The notes below the pieces were generated by a model. The model ran no database searches and had not been told where the DNA came from. It saw only the letters and a program-made list of their open reading frames with translations. A stretch of DNA of 29,385 nt from a virus (taxonomy: Duplodnaviria > Caudoviricetes), in IMG/VR virus record IMGVR_UViG_3300009183_000272, positions 1 to 29,385 of that record. One strand, written 5' to 3'. A program made the position numbers and the translations under genes. The number at the start of each line of letters is the position of its first letter. Positions within the stretch are counted from its first letter, which is position 1. Positions 26,311 to 29,385 of the stretch are shown piece after piece.

Positions 26311-26764
26311 TGTAAGCATAGGCGAGAACTGTTATATTGGTCCTTATTGCATTATCGGTTACACGGCCGAGCATAAAGAGTTTTGGAATCGGGAGCCTGG
26401 GAGTGTCTCCATTGGTGACAATGTAGTATTAACCGGACATGTTACTATTGATGCAAGCACAGGAGATCAACCGACATTTATTGGTGATGATGTGTGGATG
26501 CTTAAGCATAGCCATGTCGGTCATGATTGCTTTATTCATAGCAAGGTGACCATCTCATGTGGTGCAAAGGTTGGAGGACATACAATTGTGAGGTACAAAT
26601 GTAATCTTGGACTTAATGCAGTAATCCATCAAAAGCAAGACATTGCCATTGGTTGCATGATTGGAATGGGTGCCGTGGTAACAAAGAAACTAATCACTCA
26701 AGCTTTTAAAAAGTATGCCGGCAATCCCGCAAAAGAGATAGGGGATAATGCTATTTACAAATAA
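26273..26764 (+). CDS. Hexapeptide-repeat (left-handed beta-helix) acyltransferase, LpxA-like
   Basis: IHPTALIG..V.IG..CYIGPYCIIG, HSHVGHDC, VGGH, VIHQ and AGNPAK. Confidence 0.85.
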   Translation: MSYIHPTALIGPNVSIGENCYIGPYCIIGYTAEHKEFWNREPGSVSIGDNVVLTGHVTIDASTGDQPTFIGDDVWMLKHSHVGHDCFIHSKVTISCGAKVGGHTIVRYKCNLGLNAVIHQKQDIAIGCMIGMGAVVTKKLITQAFKKYAGNPAKEIGDNAIYK

Positions 26765-27120
26765 GTTGCATGAATTTTTCCGAATTAGTGTCACCGATTT
26801 ATATAAATATGTGACAAAGTGAGGGGCAATTCGGAGTTTATTTGTATTAAAATAATGGTAGTAATATTACTATTATTATCAAAAAATGCAACTTGTTCAA
26901 ATTTTGATAGTGTTCACGAATCGTGAACAATGGTAATAAGTGAACATAGTAAAGCCGTTACTTTACTCAATGGAGTGAGTAATTTTACTCAATGAGCCGG
27001 TAATGATTGATAATCGGCTCAAGCTTGATTGATAAATGCACATCATAAAATGCATTATATGACACATATTGCAATCATTAGTATCATTAATGACCACTTA
27101 TGATGGAAACTTCGGACATG
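26763..27120. repeat. Non-coding array of non-identical palindromes / inverted repeats
   Basis: About ten dyads, e.g. TGTCAC-N16-GTGACA, TAGTAATATTACTA, TGTTCACGA-A-TCGTGAACA, AGTAAAG-N6-CTTTACT, TGAGTAA-TT-TTACTCA and TGAGCCG-N15-CGGCTCA; no ORF in the track. Confidence 0.8.
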
Positions 27121-27126
27121 ATTAAG

Positions 27127-27134
27127 TATATTTG
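27127..27134 (+). promoter_or_regulatory. Bacteroidota-type -7 promoter element TATATTTG
   Basis: TAnnTTTG 17 nt before the ATG at 27152. Confidence 0.55.
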
Positions 27135-27151
27135 CAGATAAATAAGGATAT

Positions 27152-27772
27152 ATGAAAATACTAATATGCGGCTTAACTTATGGAAATAGGCCAACGGATA
27201 TCATTGAATCCAATTTAAAGCGTGCGGGATGCGATTACAAGTACCTTGAGGTAAATAGAGAAGGTATTGCCAACGCGCTAAATGACGGCCTAGATATCGC
27301 TATAATTAATAACTACGACTATATTGGCTATCTTGCCAATGATATCATTGAGCCGGACAATTGGTTGGCAAAGAAACTTGAAGCCATCCAAACTTACCCA
27401 TTTGCGGGAATAGTTGCATCAAGCTTGGGAGAAGTAAAGAAAGGAATTAGGAGTGAGCATATCATATCCAATTGGTTGCTTGACATAAAGCTTGTTAATG
27501 CAATTGGTTACTTTAATGAGTCGATGTTCCCTTATGGCCCAATTGATTTGGATTATTGCGAGCGGTCCCATATAGCGAATTTTAATACTTACTATGTGAT
27601 GGACTGTATGGCCGAACATTTAGGAACTCACGCAACAGGGGATGAGTACGGATGGGATAAGGCCGAGATAATTAATAAGAATTGGGCCGCACATGAGCAT
27701 GACATAAACTCATATAGAAACGGAACTAAAAACATAAAACATGGTAAGAGAACATACAACAAGGAAGTTTAA
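27152..27772 (+). CDS. Glycosyltransferase, GT-A fold (GT2-like)
   Basis: 'TYGNRP', 'GIANALNDGL', 'LANDII.PDNWL' and 'IGYFNESM.PYG.IDLDYCER' motifs. Confidence 0.8.
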   Translation: MKILICGLTYGNRPTDIIESNLKRAGCDYKYLEVNREGIANALNDGLDIAIINNYDYIGYLANDIIEPDNWLAKKLEAIQTYPFAGIVASSLGEVKKGIRSEHIISNWLLDIKLVNAIGYFNESMFPYGPIDLDYCERSHIANFNTYYVMDCMAEHLGTHATGDEYGWDKAEIINKNWAAHEHDINSYRNGTKNIKHGKRTYNKEV

Positions 27773-28166
27773 GGATATCGATAAAGATGAAATGCTTAAT
27801 TTGGCTTATGCATATTGTGATGATTGTATGGGCGGTAAAAAAGAGGTGGCGACCGGTAGCGGTAAGATAGTTGAGATAAGAGACCGTTATGTGCCAACAA
27901 TAGATTATTTCCTAGATCATTGGTTGAGGTTGCACAATAAAGAGTTTTATCATAGGATGCAACTTTGGACCATTAGACAGGACCCGACACATCCTTATTA
28001 TGAATTGGTTACTCATATCGTTGCGATGTTTAAATCATTGGCAGTTGATATAGTAGCGAACGAAGGCAAGGCGATATTTTATGCAAAGAATGCTTTGGGC
28101 ATGACTGATAAGGCAATGACTGAAAATACAAACATCGACACCATTACAATCAAGTATGAATCTTGA
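27741..28166 (+). CDS. Putative terminase small subunit
   Basis: Directly upstream of and overlapping TerL; C-terminal 'AIFYAKNALGMTDK' is typical of small subunits. Confidence 0.6.
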   Translation: MVREHTTRKFKDIDKDEMLNLAYAYCDDCMGGKKEVATGSGKIVEIRDRYVPTIDYFLDHWLRLHNKEFYHRMQLWTIRQDPTHPYYELVTHIVAMFKSLAVDIVANEGKAIFYAKNALGMTDKAMTENTNIDTITIKYES

Positions 28167-29322
28167 GATTAAACTCCCAAAGCCACATCTTAAACAACTA
28201 GAGGTTATTCAATCGGGTGCCAGGTTTAAAGTAATGATGGCCGGTCGAAGGTTTGGTAAGTCGGTTATCTCTCAAACCATAGCAATTGAATCAGCATTAA
28301 AGCGACAACATGTTGCGTATATTACTCCCACTTATCAGTTGGGTAAAATGTTTTTTAAAGAGATATGCAAGATATTACCGGATAAAGTTTATAAAAAGAA
28401 TGAGACCGACTTATTAATGGATTTCATTACGGGAGGATCAATAAGGTTTTTTACGGGTGAAAGGCTTGATGCAATGAGAGGAACAAAGTATCACCTGGTT
28501 ATCATTGATGAGGCATCATATATCGCCAATCTTGAGGAAGGATGGAATAATAGCATAAGGCCAACGCTAACTGATTTTAAGGGCAAGGCAATATTTTTAA
28601 GTACACCAAGAGGCAAAAATTACTTTTATAGTTTATTTATGAGGGGCGGTGAGCCGGATTGGCAAAGCTTCAAATTTACTACTTATGATAATCCTTTTAT
28701 GGATGCATCCGAGATTGACTCGGCAAAGGCGCAGCTTCCGGCGGTTGTATTCAAGCAAGAGTACATGGCCGATCCAATGGAGAATGCAGCCAATCCATTT
28801 GGCTCCGAGTTTATTTATGCATGTACTAAAACCTCAACCGGTGTGGCTGCTTATTACGGAATTGACCTTGCTAAATCGGTCGATTGGACTGTTATCATCG
28901 GGATGGATAAGCTAGGCAATGTCGTTCACTTTGATCGGTTCCAAAAAGATTGGATGCAGACAAAAGAAACAATTTTAAGATTGCCATCTAATATCCCAAT
29001 AGTAATTGATAGTACAGGAGTGGGCGATGCCATTGTTGAGGACCTACAAAAAAAATTTAGTCAAATGCATGGCTTTAAGTTTACGAGTGTGAGCAAGCAA
29101 CAGTTATTGGAGGGGTTAAGTAATGCCATCCAAACGAAGAGCATATCTTATCCGGATGGATTTATTAGGCATGAGCTTGAAGTGTTTGAGTACAAATTCA
29201 CTCCAACCGGAGTTAGGTATTCAGCGCCTCAAGGGTTCCATGATGATTGCGTGATTGCCCTAGCACTTGCAAACAAATGCCGTAATGACTACAAATTGGT
29301 TGGTAAGTACCATGTAATATAA
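28156..29322 (+). CDS. terL: Terminase large subunit
   Basis: Walker A AGRRFGKS, Walker B VIIDEA, STPRG coupling motif, nuclease GIDLA / DSTGVG / HDDCVIALALA. Confidence 0.95.
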   Translation: MNLEIKLPKPHLKQLEVIQSGARFKVMMAGRRFGKSVISQTIAIESALKRQHVAYITPTYQLGKMFFKEICKILPDKVYKKNETDLLMDFITGGSIRFFTGERLDAMRGTKYHLVIIDEASYIANLEEGWNNSIRPTLTDFKGKAIFLSTPRGKNYFYSLFMRGGEPDWQSFKFTTYDNPFMDASEIDSAKAQLPAVVFKQEYMADPMENAANPFGSEFIYACTKTSTGVAAYYGIDLAKSVDWTVIIGMDKLGNVVHFDRFQKDWMQTKETILRLPSNIPIVIDSTGVGDAIVEDLQKKFSQMHGFKFTSVSKQQLLEGLSNAIQTKSISYPDGFIRHELEVFEYKFTPTGVRYSAPQGFHDDCVIALALANKCRNDYKLVGKYHVI

Positions 29323-29334
29323 AAAGTATATTTA
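29305..29334 (+). promoter_or_regulatory. Putative phage late promoter AAGTAC-N16-TATATTTA
   Basis: Third copy of the motif, 7 nt before the ATG at 29342. Confidence 0.45.
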
Positions 29335-29341
29335 TAATAGA

Positions 29342-29385
29342 ATGAAACTAACAATAGACAAATTTCAAAAGCTTCACTCCATTGC
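29342..29385 (+). CDS. Start of the next gene (MKLTIDKFQKLHSI...), truncated by the window edge
   Basis: ATG after an AT-rich leader; frame open to the window end. Confidence 0.5.
   Translation, partial: MKLTIDKFQKLHSI

Larger units (their letters stand above)
1..29385. mobile_element. Tailed dsDNA bacteriophage genome segment (siphovirus-like, probable Bacteroidota host)
   Basis: Terminase, portal, capsid, tail fibre, endolysin and primase-helicase genes fill the window, with no host housekeeping genes. TAnnTTTG elements sit upstream of operons. Confidence 0.95.

Noticed and set aside
26763-27120. CRISPR array or tRNA cluster as the explanation for the palindrome region
   Set aside because: There is no repeated identical unit with regular spacers, and no cloverleaf with T-loop/D-loop consensus.
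14095-28915. Other overlapping track ORFs (14095-14343, 14743-15120, 15364-15567, 19084-19473, 19352-19588, 19810-19998, 20856-21416, 22708-23170, 24433-24630, 25364-25966, 27419-27619, 28649-28915)
   Set aside because: They are nested in or antisense to stronger genes, with no recognisable features.
1-29385. Stop-codon reassignment, integrase/lysogeny module, introns or inteins
   Set aside because: Genes are full length and densely packed in the standard code. No recombinase motifs were seen, and terL, helicase and primase appear uninterrupted.

Overview
The window is most of the genome of a tailed dsDNA phage (Caudoviricetes, siphovirus-like), probably infecting a Bacteroidota host. That host call is inferred from TAnnTTTG promoter elements and AT-rich leaders without Shine-Dalgarno sites. 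Bases 1-15235 (+) hold virion and lysis genes: partial tail protein, short tape-measure-like protein, XkdF-like prohead protease, scaffold, major capsid, tail tube, portal, head-tail and tail-completion proteins, tail fibre with a Peptidase_S74 chaperone, two holin-like genes, a u-spanin-like lipoprotein and an M15 endolysin. Bases 15222-20189 (-) hold early/DNA-metabolism genes: a DnaA C-terminal-like protein, SF2 helicase, DnaQ/RNase H-like exonuclease, PD-(D/E)XK nuclease and an SSB-like protein. Bases 20385-29385 (+) hold VRR-NUC, primase-polymerase/helicase, an iteron-like putative origin, a sigma-like factor, two glycosyltransferases, an LpxA-like acyltransferase and the terminase. No integrase, tRNA, CRISPR array or replicative polymerase was seen. 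Most notable: (1) a ~360 bp non-coding array of about ten different dyad-symmetry elements at 26763-27120, possibly a decoy-operator array; (2) a HAD-like domain inserted in the prohead protease and a wHTH plus MuF-like extension on the portal, with Phe-marked domain borders; (3) near-total absence of CCAG/CTGG outside CCWGG; (4) a minimal LpxA-like enzyme in a late glycosylation cluster. All family calls come from motif recognition by eye, not from database searches.
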